From Candidatus Saccharimonadota bacterium (GTDB lineage: Bacteria > Patescibacteriota > Gracilibacteria > UBA4473), in assembly GCA_030429505.1 (NCBI GenBank), contig JAUIFI010000001.1, positions 510,001-542,000 on the forward strand: 32,000 nt of DNA. The letters are read 5' to 3'. The notes under the pieces were generated by a model. It saw only the letters and a list, made by a program, of their open reading frames with translations. It had not been told where the DNA came from and made no database searches. A program made the position numbers and the translations under genes. Below are positions 1-9,500 of the stretch, piece after piece. The first letter of the stretch is position 1; every line of letters starts with the position of its first letter.

Positions 1-1
1 C

Positions 2-286
2 CGAGGAGTAGAACAAATTAATAACTACGTGTTAACACAGCTAAATGAAACACTTTTTAATACAGAAGAAATAAAGTGGAAACCATGGTGGACACAAACA
101 CAAAAAGGATTGAGAAAATTTGGAACTCTTATCCAAGAATACGCTCAGTCCTACCACCCACCACACGAAAATCTGGAACTCATAGTCCAAAGAGCCATCC
201 GAGATCATGACAAGCAAGTGATAAAAAACACCAAGCCCGTTGATAAACAACCAATCTTTCGAAAAATGAGACAAAATCATCATTAA
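2..286 (+). CDS. hypothetical protein, C-terminal fragment (gene starts upstream of the window)
   Basis: The frame is open from nt 2 to TAA 284-286; track ORF 29..286 simply begins at an internal GTG. No recognisable motif (…IKWKPWWTQTQKGLRKFGTLIQEYAQSYHPP…). Confidence 0.45.
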   Translation, partial: RGVEQINNYVLTQLNETLFNTEEIKWKPWWTQTQKGLRKFGTLIQEYAQSYHPPHENLELIVQRAIRDHDKQVIKNTKPVDKQPIFRKMRQNHH

Positions 287-424
287 TCCTCTATTCAAAA
301 ATTAAATAGCCACAAAAAAGGCAATTATTCTAGAAATTATCACTCAACACGAAAAGTATAAACACAGGAAAAAAATTCGTTGGTTGAGAATAAAGATAAA
401 AAGAAGAAAGGAAGGCAAATAGTC

Positions 425-453
425 TTGCTTTTTTCTTTTTACTGTGGTAAAAT
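425..453 (+). promoter_or_regulatory. candidate sigma70-type promoter with extended -10 for the 1,935-aa gene
   Basis: TTGCTT (425-430), 17-nt spacer, TG at 445-446, TAAAAT (448-453). ATG 479 lies about 20 nt past the predicted start site. Sequence match only. Confidence 0.4.
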
Positions 454-478
454 AGAGAGATTTTTTCAGCAAACATCT

Positions 479-3400
479 ATGAAAAAACTCTTCAATGCCG
501 CTTTCCGAAACCAAGACAACACTTCAGGACGATTCATTTTTCAACGCCATATAAGCAAAATGGAAAAACTGTCTGAAGGCTACATCGATGATAAACTCGA
601 TGATCTCGCCAAAAGACAAAAAAAACAGCTTGAAAAATGGGGAATTGATATAGACACCAAAGTCTATGCAAATCCAAGTGTCAAAAACGGTCCTGAATAT
701 CAAAGACAACCTGATCAAAGTCATGATGAATCATTGGTATTTGCAGATGAAATGAACAAAGAAGAACTTAAAAAACGCCTTAAAGACGCTCCGGAAACCT
801 TCCCTTTTAACTCAGAAAACGTTCTCGATATCTACAACTTACTGGACCAAAACAGTAAGCACTATATCAATATGAATAGAAGTGGCCTAGAAAGACTAAA
901 CTTTGGAGATGACGATCTAAAAGAATTTATTAAATATGAACTAAGAAATTTCCGAGGACAAATCGAAGAACTTGTAGGCATAGGAAATCTAAACATCGGA
1001 AATACACAAGAAGTAATGAGACTCATAAACTTAGGAGCGAAAACTCCCCTCACGCTCCAAGAAACAGAGTCCTTTATTAACCTGATGAATACGGGAACAG
1101 CCAGTGGAACAAGCCTACAACTTGTAGACCTTCAAACACGAGGCGGTACAGACAATGTAATTGGATCAACACCTGTAAGCTCAAGAGCTGAGCAAGGAGA
1201 AGCGCACAAGGGAGCCACTTTCGATGTCCAAGTTCTTCAAACGGTCGTAAAAAAAATACAGCGTACATCTTATAATACTCCTACATCACAAGAAGATGGG
1301 AAATACGGACGAATGACTTTTTTACGAAACCGACCTTTAGGACTAGAACATACAAAAAACTTCAATATTGATGCCGGAGTGAGAGTCATTTACGTCGAAA
1401 CCGATACGAACGGAAATCCTGTTTCATTTGCCTCTCAAAGTGACTTTATGGTCGCTCCCATTCCACAAAATGAAAGACCTAAAGACTATCAAGATGCTCA
1501 AATCTACCTCAAACAAGGCGGAATAGCACAAGGGCAACCATTTTCTCCTGGAAAACCCCTTCTACAAAGCCAATTTAATCATTATTTTAAAAATGTAAGT
1601 GGCCCCTACACCATTGAAGGTACTCATACCAAAAAAGCACCAAATAATGCTTATACATATACATATAAATGGACTGGAGAAGTTATTTTCCAAATAGAAA
1701 CAAACGAAAATCTAAAACAACACACAGAAATTGTAAATACAGAGTATGGACAAATAATCAACCCAACCGTCATTCCTTGGAATAGTGGTGGACTCGATAC
1801 TCCAAACAAACCTATCACCAGATTAAGTGATAACAGAACCATCCCTAGCCCATCTGGACTTGACTTAAACGATCCTTCCACATCATTTGGAAAAGCAGAA
1901 TTTAACAATGGAGAAAGAGTAAGCTTTGAATGGAAAAATGAAGTCGAACAAGGAAATCAAACACGTCATGTCCCAAATCGACTCCACATCGAATTTCTAA
2001 ATCAACTCGTAAACCTGACACAAACCTATAACGAAAGTACACCAGAACCTTTCATTGTTGATGATCAAAAAAACTTCGTCTCAACAGATGGGAGAAACAA
2101 TACCCACAACAACGGATTTCAGTGGTACCCAGATAACCTCACCCAATCAAACGAAGGTCGTCCAATTCAAGCCGTAAAACTCGGAAATGAAACAACCACC
2201 GTTACACTTTCACACAATGGACATACCGCAAGAATAAACAAAAAAATTGGCGATAAAGTTACACTCAAAGAAGTAACCGACGCATTTAATGGAAAATTTG
2301 TCTCTGGACAAATCACCATCAGTGCTAACGGAGAGTTTAAAGATCCAAAAAATTACGAAAAAGTAACCATAAACTACAAACGAACTATAGAAGTTCTTGG
2401 ACAAAACGAAAAAGGAATAAGACACACGGAAATCCTTAAAATCCAAGATGGACAAGTCCTCGATCCGAAACCAACCATCATAGAAATAACTACCAATGAT
2501 GCAAACTCAGAAGTAGTTCCAGCAAAAGAAGTCCTTGAAGATATGATTATTAAAAATGAAGACACCAATCAAGAACTAGGAAGAATCAGTAAGTCAGACA
2601 TTACCCCATACCTAACCGGCAATCAACAATTCAATGTGGGCATGTTCCTTGATGCCATCTACAAAAAGAACCCTGACTTCAAATTTGAACCCAGCCACAA
2701 TATCATAGCCACTACGAAGGGACGATTTCTCGACAAAACAAAAAATCCTGCCGTCGAAACCAATGTCAGTTATGTCCTCGACATCGATCTAGAATACAAA
2801 GCTCAGAAAAAACACGTAGAAGTAAGAAACAACATAACCATCGACCTCAAAGCTGGTACTATCATCAAAGACCAACCTATCAGCATCCCTTGGGATAAAG
2901 ACGGAAGTAATAGTATCCATCCCACCGGAGCGGTACAACTCGAAATATTTGAAGCCACAGATCCAAGCACCCCAAAAGGCAGTATTTCAAAAACCGTTGG
3001 TCAAGATATAACCCTCCATGAACTTGAGAATATCGTCGGAAAAGGTATTGATGAAAACGCACAATTCATCGTTCGGCTCGCTCCAAATCCTACACAAAAC
3101 AACGCTCGAGTCGTCATGTGGGATAAAAGTGAAAAAGGTACAGTCACAGAAAAATATACCGGAGAAATTGAAACTGTTATCAACGTGAAAGAAACCATGG
3201 CTGATCGTAAAAAAGTCACCCGAAACGAAACAATAACCACCGACAAATGGGGTCGAATTCTTCTCAATGAAACCAAAGGAGAGATTGAATGGTACTGGAA
3301 CGAACCCGAAGGAGAAAAAAAATATGTACCAAACATGAAATGGGATGAAGCTAAAAAAGAGTATGTTCCCGGTAGTCCTCTCGTCAAACTCGAAATTCTC

Positions 3401-6286
3401 AAAAATGGCAAAGGTACTGGCATATATCTTGAATTTCAACCAGGATCCAGTGGTCAATACGGCTTTCTTAGCTTCCAAGAACTTCTTAAAGCTACAGAAG
3501 GGTTGAATATCAATCCAAAAACAGACTATTTCGAACTAAAGGGACTCGCCTACCTCCAAGAACCAGGAGGAAAACTAAGACCTGTCGAATTCATGCCACA
3601 CATCAACTTTGAAGTAAACTGTGATGAAGGCGGCGAATGTGAAATAAACAAATGCCGAGTTGTCGATCAGGAAACAGCTATCGAAGAAGCAACTCAAATC
3701 GCTGAGAAAAAAGAAAGACACACCAGAAGACAACTCACCGCTCATGCCATTTTCAATTATTTCCTCACCTGGGGAGGACTCGCCTCGAGAAGACATGGTT
3801 GGTTGAGTGTTTTATCAGAAGGGATGGATAAACTAGGCATAGACCCACTCGATATGACAGACTATGACGAAGATAGTATTATTCCAAAAGAATACCTCAA
3901 ACACTATGAAGACTTTCTGAAACTCACACCTGCAGATGAGGAAGAAATTGTCAAAAATCTAGCCCGAATAGGCGTACAAGATAAGATCAAACAACTCGAA
4001 GATCTAGACAAACTCTTTGCAGACGAACAGAGGCTAACTGATGATGATATAACAACTCTAAGAGAGAGTCCCCTCCTCGAAAACGTAAACGATGAACGCT
4101 TCCGAACCTTCTGGACTAAACTCAAAGATACTACATGGGAAACTATCAAGCAGTCATTTTACGCCAGTATTACTGCCAGCGCTCTTACCCTCGTAGGAGC
4201 TGCTCCGCCAGCCTTAGTCGGTGTCGTCTTTATCGAGCTTTTCCGGTCAACTTTCCTAGCGGATTCAAAACTCGAAGTCATGTCAAACGATAGACTGGAT
4301 ATCGTTGCTGAACACGCTCGACTCTACAAAGAACTCGGTATTCCTATCGCCTATGCAGAACAAGTTGGTGGAGAAATAGCCACCGAAGGATATGAAGCTC
4401 ACAGATACTATTCTGTGTTTGTCGCCCTAGACAAAAAAATCAAAGGACTAGAACTCACCGCAGAAGATCAAAACCTCGTAGATGAATTCCTCAATAAAGC
4501 TCCGAGTAATGTAGAATACGCAAAAATGACGTATCAATCAGTTTTTGATTACAACGAAAGAATAGAACTCGATCGAACTCTTCCTGTCGCTTCCAAATAC
4601 TCTCGAGCTATCTCCAGACTCAAGCAAGCTCATCTCCTCGAACTAGAAGAAGCCATAGAAAAAGGAATGATTGATCCCATAGATGGAAAAATTGGACACG
4701 GAATACTCGGAGTCGAAAGACTATGGGAGTGGACATTTGGGGACAGTACCGATACTCCTGAAGAAGCATATGAAGCCATAGACAAAGAAATTAAAGAAAG
4801 AGAAGAAGAGCTCGAAGAACTAGTAGCAGAATTAGAAAACGAAGCGAAAAATGTTGACGACAAAAAAAGTATCAAAAGAGACTATGATAGCAAAAAAGAA
4901 GAACTTCTTGCACTCTACGCACTACGAGGAAAAGCCTTCAATCAATGTAAACTTGGTCCACAAAGCGAACTACTCGTCACCTACTCACAAATAGAAGAAA
5001 TTTTGTCTTTTATGGGACAAAATGCCAAATACAGTAGTGCTGCAGCAGCCCTCGAACCCTATATCCAACAAATTATAGCTATAGATAAAACCTATCAAAA
5101 CAATATCGCTCACCGAAGAGCCGGGTTTTATACCGGAAAACTTGATGGAACCAGCTGGATGCTCGGACATGATGATCGAATGTCAGAAGCTTTTGCACAG
5201 ATTCGTGAATACATAAGTGAAGTACATGACATCATCAATAACGACGAACTCAAAGAAATCTACGGAGAAATTCGACGCCTAGAAGATGCCAAAGACAGAT
5301 TTGAATCACTCAAAGCTCAAGCAGAAGTCGCCGGAGATGCTTCAACAGCAAAACAACATGAAGCAGAAATAAACCGAATTCAAGTACAACTTGAAGGAGC
5401 GAAAAAGAAAGAAGCAGAAACAAAAGCTAAAATCTTCAATGAAAATACTACCGCCAGTCGATTAGAAAGTCGAATAAGCGGAGGTGATATAGAATACTTC
5501 CGAGATCTTAATAAAGCCCTCGAACAAATTACCAGCCGAGACGATCTCGCACAAATTCCTGAATGGCTAGAACCAGGAAAAGACTGGGGAGATGGAGCCA
5601 ATCTGAGTATCTGCGATCTCGCTAAAGCTGACTACCACGTCGTAGAAAATTGGGATCAAGACACAGGAATGCCTATCGGATTCGCCTTTGAAGTCGGAAG
5701 AACTGGACCAAATCAAGAAATGAAAGATATCATTCAAGAAGAAAAAGACTTTGAACTCAACATCACGGAAGGAAATGAAGTCGGAGCTAATGACCTAGCC
5801 CAAGCTCTTGAAGAAAACATTCGAGACCTTCCAGAGTCAGTAAAACAAATTTTGGAAAATTTCAATCCAAACCAAGAAACATTCCTTGAGGTTCTCCAAG
5901 GACTATCAAAGGATCAACTCAAACAAATTTATGATGCCGCTATCAAAGCCGGAATTCCAACAGCTCCTGTCTTCAATGAGATAATCAATAGAGTCGTAGT
6001 CGGAACAGAACCAGTCGGCGGAATCCTTTGGAACTGGGCCCTTAAGCCAAGTATAGAAGGAACAATTGGTGCTATTGGACTAACAATGCTCGAAGAAAGA
6101 TTACTCCGAACAACCAATATAATTGTCCAAGGTGGTGAAGAACATGACTACCGTCCTGCAGTCAAAGTCGCACTTGAGAAATACCGAATCAAACTCATAA
6201 AAGAATCTTTATCAGAAGATAATAAAAATATGGCTAAAAAAATGTCTTACAATCAACTCCACCGCCATTGGAAAGGTATTAAATAG
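479..6286 (+). CDS. giant hypothetical protein (1,935 aa from ATG 479); no signal peptide, no nucleotide-binding motif; beta-rich N-terminal half, central hydrophobic hairpin, coiled-coil-rich C-terminal half
   Basis: Uninterrupted ORF (track 380..6286), stop TAG 6284-6286. ATG 479 (MKKLFNAAF) is preferred because the candidate promoter at 425-453 lies inside the TTG-380 extension. Cys cluster VNCDEGGECEINKC at ~3615-3660. Hydrophobic segment ITASALTLVGAAPPALVGVVFIELF at ~4150-4250. Glu/Lys-rich heptad-like stretches at ~4750-4920 and ~5270-5440. No GxxxxGK[ST]. Confidence 0.85.
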   Translation: MKKLFNAAFRNQDNTSGRFIFQRHISKMEKLSEGYIDDKLDDLAKRQKKQLEKWGIDIDTKVYANPSVKNGPEYQRQPDQSHDESLVFADEMNKEELKKRLKDAPETFPFNSENVLDIYNLLDQNSKHYINMNRSGLERLNFGDDDLKEFIKYELRNFRGQIEELVGIGNLNIGNTQEVMRLINLGAKTPLTLQETESFINLMNTGTASGTSLQLVDLQTRGGTDNVIGSTPVSSRAEQGEAHKGATFDVQVLQTVVKKIQRTSYNTPTSQEDGKYGRMTFLRNRPLGLEHTKNFNIDAGVRVIYVETDTNGNPVSFASQSDFMVAPIPQNERPKDYQDAQIYLKQGGIAQGQPFSPGKPLLQSQFNHYFKNVSGPYTIEGTHTKKAPNNAYTYTYKWTGEVIFQIETNENLKQHTEIVNTEYGQIINPTVIPWNSGGLDTPNKPITRLSDNRTIPSPSGLDLNDPSTSFGKAEFNNGERVSFEWKNEVEQGNQTRHVPNRLHIEFLNQLVNLTQTYNESTPEPFIVDDQKNFVSTDGRNNTHNNGFQWYPDNLTQSNEGRPIQAVKLGNETTTVTLSHNGHTARINKKIGDKVTLKEVTDAFNGKFVSGQITISANGEFKDPKNYEKVTINYKRTIEVLGQNEKGIRHTEILKIQDGQVLDPKPTIIEITTNDANSEVVPAKEVLEDMIIKNEDTNQELGRISKSDITPYLTGNQQFNVGMFLDAIYKKNPDFKFEPSHNIIATTKGRFLDKTKNPAVETNVSYVLDIDLEYKAQKKHVEVRNNITIDLKAGTIIKDQPISIPWDKDGSNSIHPTGAVQLEIFEATDPSTPKGSISKTVGQDITLHELENIVGKGIDENAQFIVRLAPNPTQNNARVVMWDKSEKGTVTEKYTGEIETVINVKETMADRKKVTRNETITTDKWGRILLNETKGEIEWYWNEPEGEKKYVPNMKWDEAKKEYVPGSPLVKLEILKNGKGTGIYLEFQPGSSGQYGFLSFQELLKATEGLNINPKTDYFELKGLAYLQEPGGKLRPVEFMPHINFEVNCDEGGECEINKCRVVDQETAIEEATQIAEKKERHTRRQLTAHAIFNYFLTWGGLASRRHGWLSVLSEGMDKLGIDPLDMTDYDEDSIIPKEYLKHYEDFLKLTPADEEEIVKNLARIGVQDKIKQLEDLDKLFADEQRLTDDDITTLRESPLLENVNDERFRTFWTKLKDTTWETIKQSFYASITASALTLVGAAPPALVGVVFIELFRSTFLADSKLEVMSNDRLDIVAEHARLYKELGIPIAYAEQVGGEIATEGYEAHRYYSVFVALDKKIKGLELTAEDQNLVDEFLNKAPSNVEYAKMTYQSVFDYNERIELDRTLPVASKYSRAISRLKQAHLLELEEAIEKGMIDPIDGKIGHGILGVERLWEWTFGDSTDTPEEAYEAIDKEIKEREEELEELVAELENEAKNVDDKKSIKRDYDSKKEELLALYALRGKAFNQCKLGPQSELLVTYSQIEEILSFMGQNAKYSSAAAALEPYIQQIIAIDKTYQNNIAHRRAGFYTGKLDGTSWMLGHDDRMSEAFAQIREYISEVHDIINNDELKEIYGEIRRLEDAKDRFESLKAQAEVAGDASTAKQHEAEINRIQVQLEGAKKKEAETKAKIFNENTTASRLESRISGGDIEYFRDLNKALEQITSRDDLAQIPEWLEPGKDWGDGANLSICDLAKADYHVVENWDQDTGMPIGFAFEVGRTGPNQEMKDIIQEEKDFELNITEGNEVGANDLAQALEENIRDLPESVKQILENFNPNQETFLEVLQGLSKDQLKQIYDAAIKAGIPTAPVFNEIINRVVVGTEPVGGILWNWALKPSIEGTIGAIGLTMLEERLLRTTNIIVQGGEEHDYRPAVKVALEKYRIKLIKESLSEDNKNMAKKMSYNQLHRHWKGIK

Positions 6287-6336
6287 GCAAAAACAGAGAA
6301 AGAAGAAAAATAAAAAAACAAAAATTCTTTCATCAG

Positions 6337-6368
6337 AAAAAACCAGGGAAAACAAACCTGGTTTTTTT
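6337..6368 (+). terminator. rho-independent terminator after the 1,935-aa gene
   Basis: Stem AACCAGG (6341-6347) / CCTGGTT (6357-6363), extendable with A:T pairs. 9-nt loop, then a run of seven T (6362-6368). Lies 51 nt after the TAG. Confidence 0.7.
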
Positions 6369-6414
6369 ATAATCCCTCTTTATAAAAAAACAAAGACTCT
6401 ATAAATATAAAAAT

Positions 6415-6458
6415 ATGTACATCTTAAAAAAATGTATGATATTTTTTAACATACATTT
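6415..6458. promoter_or_regulatory. palindromic ATGTAYAT-type elements upstream of the DUF11-giant promoter (possible operator or activator site)
   Basis: Perfect palindrome ATGTACAT (6415-6422). 9-bp inverted repeat AAATGTATG (6430-6438) / CATACATTT (6450-6458) with an 11-nt AT loop. All share the ATGTA core. Confidence 0.3.
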
Positions 6459-6486
6459 TATCTACAATTTTTTCTTTGGAAAAAAT

Positions 6487-6516
6487 TTTACAACCTCAAA
6501 CTCCCTACGCTACAAT
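6487..6516 (+). promoter_or_regulatory. candidate sigma70-type promoter for the DUF11-giant / coupling-protein operon
   Basis: TTTACA (6487-6492), 18-nt spacer, TACAAT (6511-6516). ATG 6552 is about 28 nt downstream of the expected start site. Confidence 0.4.
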
Positions 6517-6551
6517 TGACAGGAAAAAATGAACTTTTATCGATTCTCTCT

Positions 6552-9500
6552 ATGAAGAAATTTCTGAGTACGCTCTTCGTTTTCAGTAGTATCCTATTAA
6601 TTCAAACAGCTCTCGCTGGGAAAAACGACTTTTCACATACGAGTCTGACAAACTCTCCAGACTGTCCAGAAGGTCCTGAAGTCGTCAGGCAATCAGGAGA
6701 TCCGTTTTTCGAAGAAGATGGTGACTGTCGAATGGCTATAAATAGGACTCTTTTTCCAGACGGACTCGACTGGAATGAATTTAATCGATACATAGATAGC
6801 TCCTCTGCTTCAAGCTTTCGAGCCAATGCAGTCCCTGGAAATAGATTCGGTAGTAATCCTAATTGGCAAGATGAACGAGATTTCTTCACCGCCAAAAAAG
6901 AGCATTGTGCAGACCTTGATTGTGAAAGAGTATTTGATCACACCATTACTGACATTGCACAAGATGACGATATCGCTCTACACATCTATATCAATAACAA
7001 TGCTCGAATTAATGAAGGGTATACAGCAAAAAATGTCTCACTCACCCTCGATTGGAATAATCCAAAAGAAGTTAAAGCCACTATCAATGCTGGTGAAATC
7101 GGTTATGACAATCAAGGAGAAGGTCTCTGGGATCGCCCAAATCCTATCTATGATATAGTTTCACTTCGTTTCGTAGAAGATGATGCTCAGATTCAACTTG
7201 CACTCAACCAAATCACCCAACCCAATACACATAACGAAGCAGGAAAAACAGCTACTTGGAATCTCGGAGATATTGAGAGTAAAAGTCCTGGTGGTATCAA
7301 CCAAATAATAGTAAATTTCGACGTCGTCGCTCCAAAACTAGAAATAATCAAAACTTCAGATGTAGACGATGGAGCCACCGTCCTTGTAGGTGATACCATC
7401 ACCTATACCGTCCAAGTCGAAAACACCGGTACCATGGATCTCAACGACGTCATTCTATCTGATCAAATCGGAGCTGGGCAAGAATACGTCAATAATTCCG
7501 CCACCAACGGCGCTACCTACGATCCAGATACCAATACAGTAGAGCTTTTAGTCCCTTCACTCACCATCGGAGACACCGCCTCATTTTCTTTTCAAGTCAC
7601 AGTCACAGAAATTCCAGAACCAGCAAATGAAGTCTGTAATCAAGCTCACGGATTTGATAATAATAACGAAGATCCTACCATTACATCTTCATCTGAAAAA
7701 ATCTGTTATGATGTCGAAGAAAGACCTATTGAACTTGATCTCTTAGAAATAAACAAAAGAGCAGTCACTCCTTCAGCCGGATCAATCATTAAAGCCGGAG
7801 ACACTATTACCTATGAAATAACCGTCACCAATCCCAATGACACAGACATTCCGAATGTCACCCTCGAAGATTTTCTACCCGACGGAGTCGATCTGGTGAA
7901 CTACACTCCAGTCAGTTGCGATGAAAGTCTTCCTTTTATCATATGTGATATTAATCCCCTACGCGCAAATGAAACCTTTACCCTTCGTATTACCGTCAAA
8001 GTCAAAGACAATATCGAAGCTTTTTTTAATGGAGATCTACCAGACAAACTCTGTAATGGTTCTACGGTTTGGTTTAATGAAGATCTTTTTCCCGATGCCT
8101 CAAACAATTTTCTTCAATCAGATCAAGTCTGCCATCCACTACAAATCGAAACACAAGCGCCTCTAGTCAATAAAACCGCAGAAGACGAAAACGGACAAAA
8201 GCTCGAAGACGGTGACAACATCAAACCAGGCGACACAATTACCTATATTATCACCGTCGAAAACCCTAATGAGTTTCAAGATCTTCAAGATGTAACGATC
8301 GAAGACGTAATCCCAAATGAACTCAGTATTCAATCTGTCACTCCAAATACCAATTGTAATATAAACGGTCAAACTGTCTCCTGCACCTTTGCTACTATCA
8401 CCGCCGGAAGTACCGTTACAATTCGAGTTACCACCGTTGTACGAGATAACGCACAAGCTGGAGAGATTTGCAATACTGCCGACTATCAAAACAACAGTAA
8501 TACGCTTATCAACCCTATTAACAATACCGGCACCAATTCAACCTCTCCATCCTCCATCTTTCAAAACATCTCTCGTTTCCTCGGAATCAATTCCTTCCTT
8601 GATCAAATCTTTAATCCTGGAAATATCGAAGACATAACCGCTCCCAACAACAATCAAAACTTCACCGAAGATATAAGTCCAATCACCGCAACAGAAGGTA
8701 ATAACATCATTTGTCTCGAAATCCAAGAGGAGGGAGAACCAGAACTCGAGATTACAAAAACTGCTGAAGACGAAAATGGAGCTACCATTCAAGAAGGTGA
8801 TGAAATATCTGCAGGACAAACTATTTCCTATGTATTAACTGTTGAAAACACTGGAGCAGAAGACGAAAGGAATGTTATCGTTGAAGATATTCTGCCTAAC
8901 GAAGTTGAGTTTAAATCTGTCACCCCAACACCAGAATGTTTATTTGATGGTCGTCAAATCACATGTACTTTTGATGTCATTCCAGCTGGAGATACAGTAG
9001 AAATTAGAATTATCACAACAGTCCAAAACAATGCTCAAGAAGGCGAATTTTGCAATACATCAATTGTCACTATGCAAGGAAGGCAAGCACCTATTGATTC
9101 AGATGAAAATTGCTTGCGAGTCGGAGAAGGAGAAGAAGCTGAAATTACAAAAGCAGCGAATCCTACAGAAGGAACAGAAGTCGAATCGGGAAATACTATT
9201 ACCTATACTATACGGTATGAAAACCCAAATGAATTCAATGTCGAGTTTGTTTCCTTTACAGATGAACTTCCAAATGGGCTTGATTTCGAAAACGTAAATA
9301 CTAGGGTTATTGATAGTAATGGAGACGAAGTACCTAAAGTAGACAATGAAGGCAATCCTGATCTAACTCCTTACTGTGTCGGTGATGAAGGAACCGATAT
9401 TGTAACCTGTTCATTCCGATTTATTCCTCGACAAGGATTTGTTGAAATCATTATCACCGCTACTGTAAATAACGATGCCGAAGACGAAGTCTGCAACATC

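Noticed and set aside
380-478. Longer N-terminal extensions offered by the ORF track: TTG 380, TTG 6516, a non-ATG start at 13277, and TTG 18914.
   Set aside because: The downstream ATGs give a proper signal peptide (6552, 18905), avoid overlap with the upstream stop (13301), or lie downstream of a promoter-like site that falls inside the extension (479). The extensions start at non-ATG codons.
2987-3478. 163-aa and 140-aa antisense ORFs inside the 1,935-aa gene. Similar antisense ORFs occur at 12863-13342, 14633-15067, 15668-16168, 17933-18397, 21318-21755 and 22722-23180.
   Set aside because: They lie wholly within long, motif-supported genes on the other strand. Their translations are low-complexity (Phe/Ser/Ile-rich) with no motifs, which is typical of shadow ORFs opposite purine-rich coding strands.
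6516-6521. Perfect TTGACA -35 hexamer just upstream of the DUF11 gene.
   Set aside because: No acceptable -10 follows at 16-19 nt (ATCGAT/TCGATT). The hexamer overlaps the better TTTACA-18-TACAAT candidate, so it is probably coincidental.
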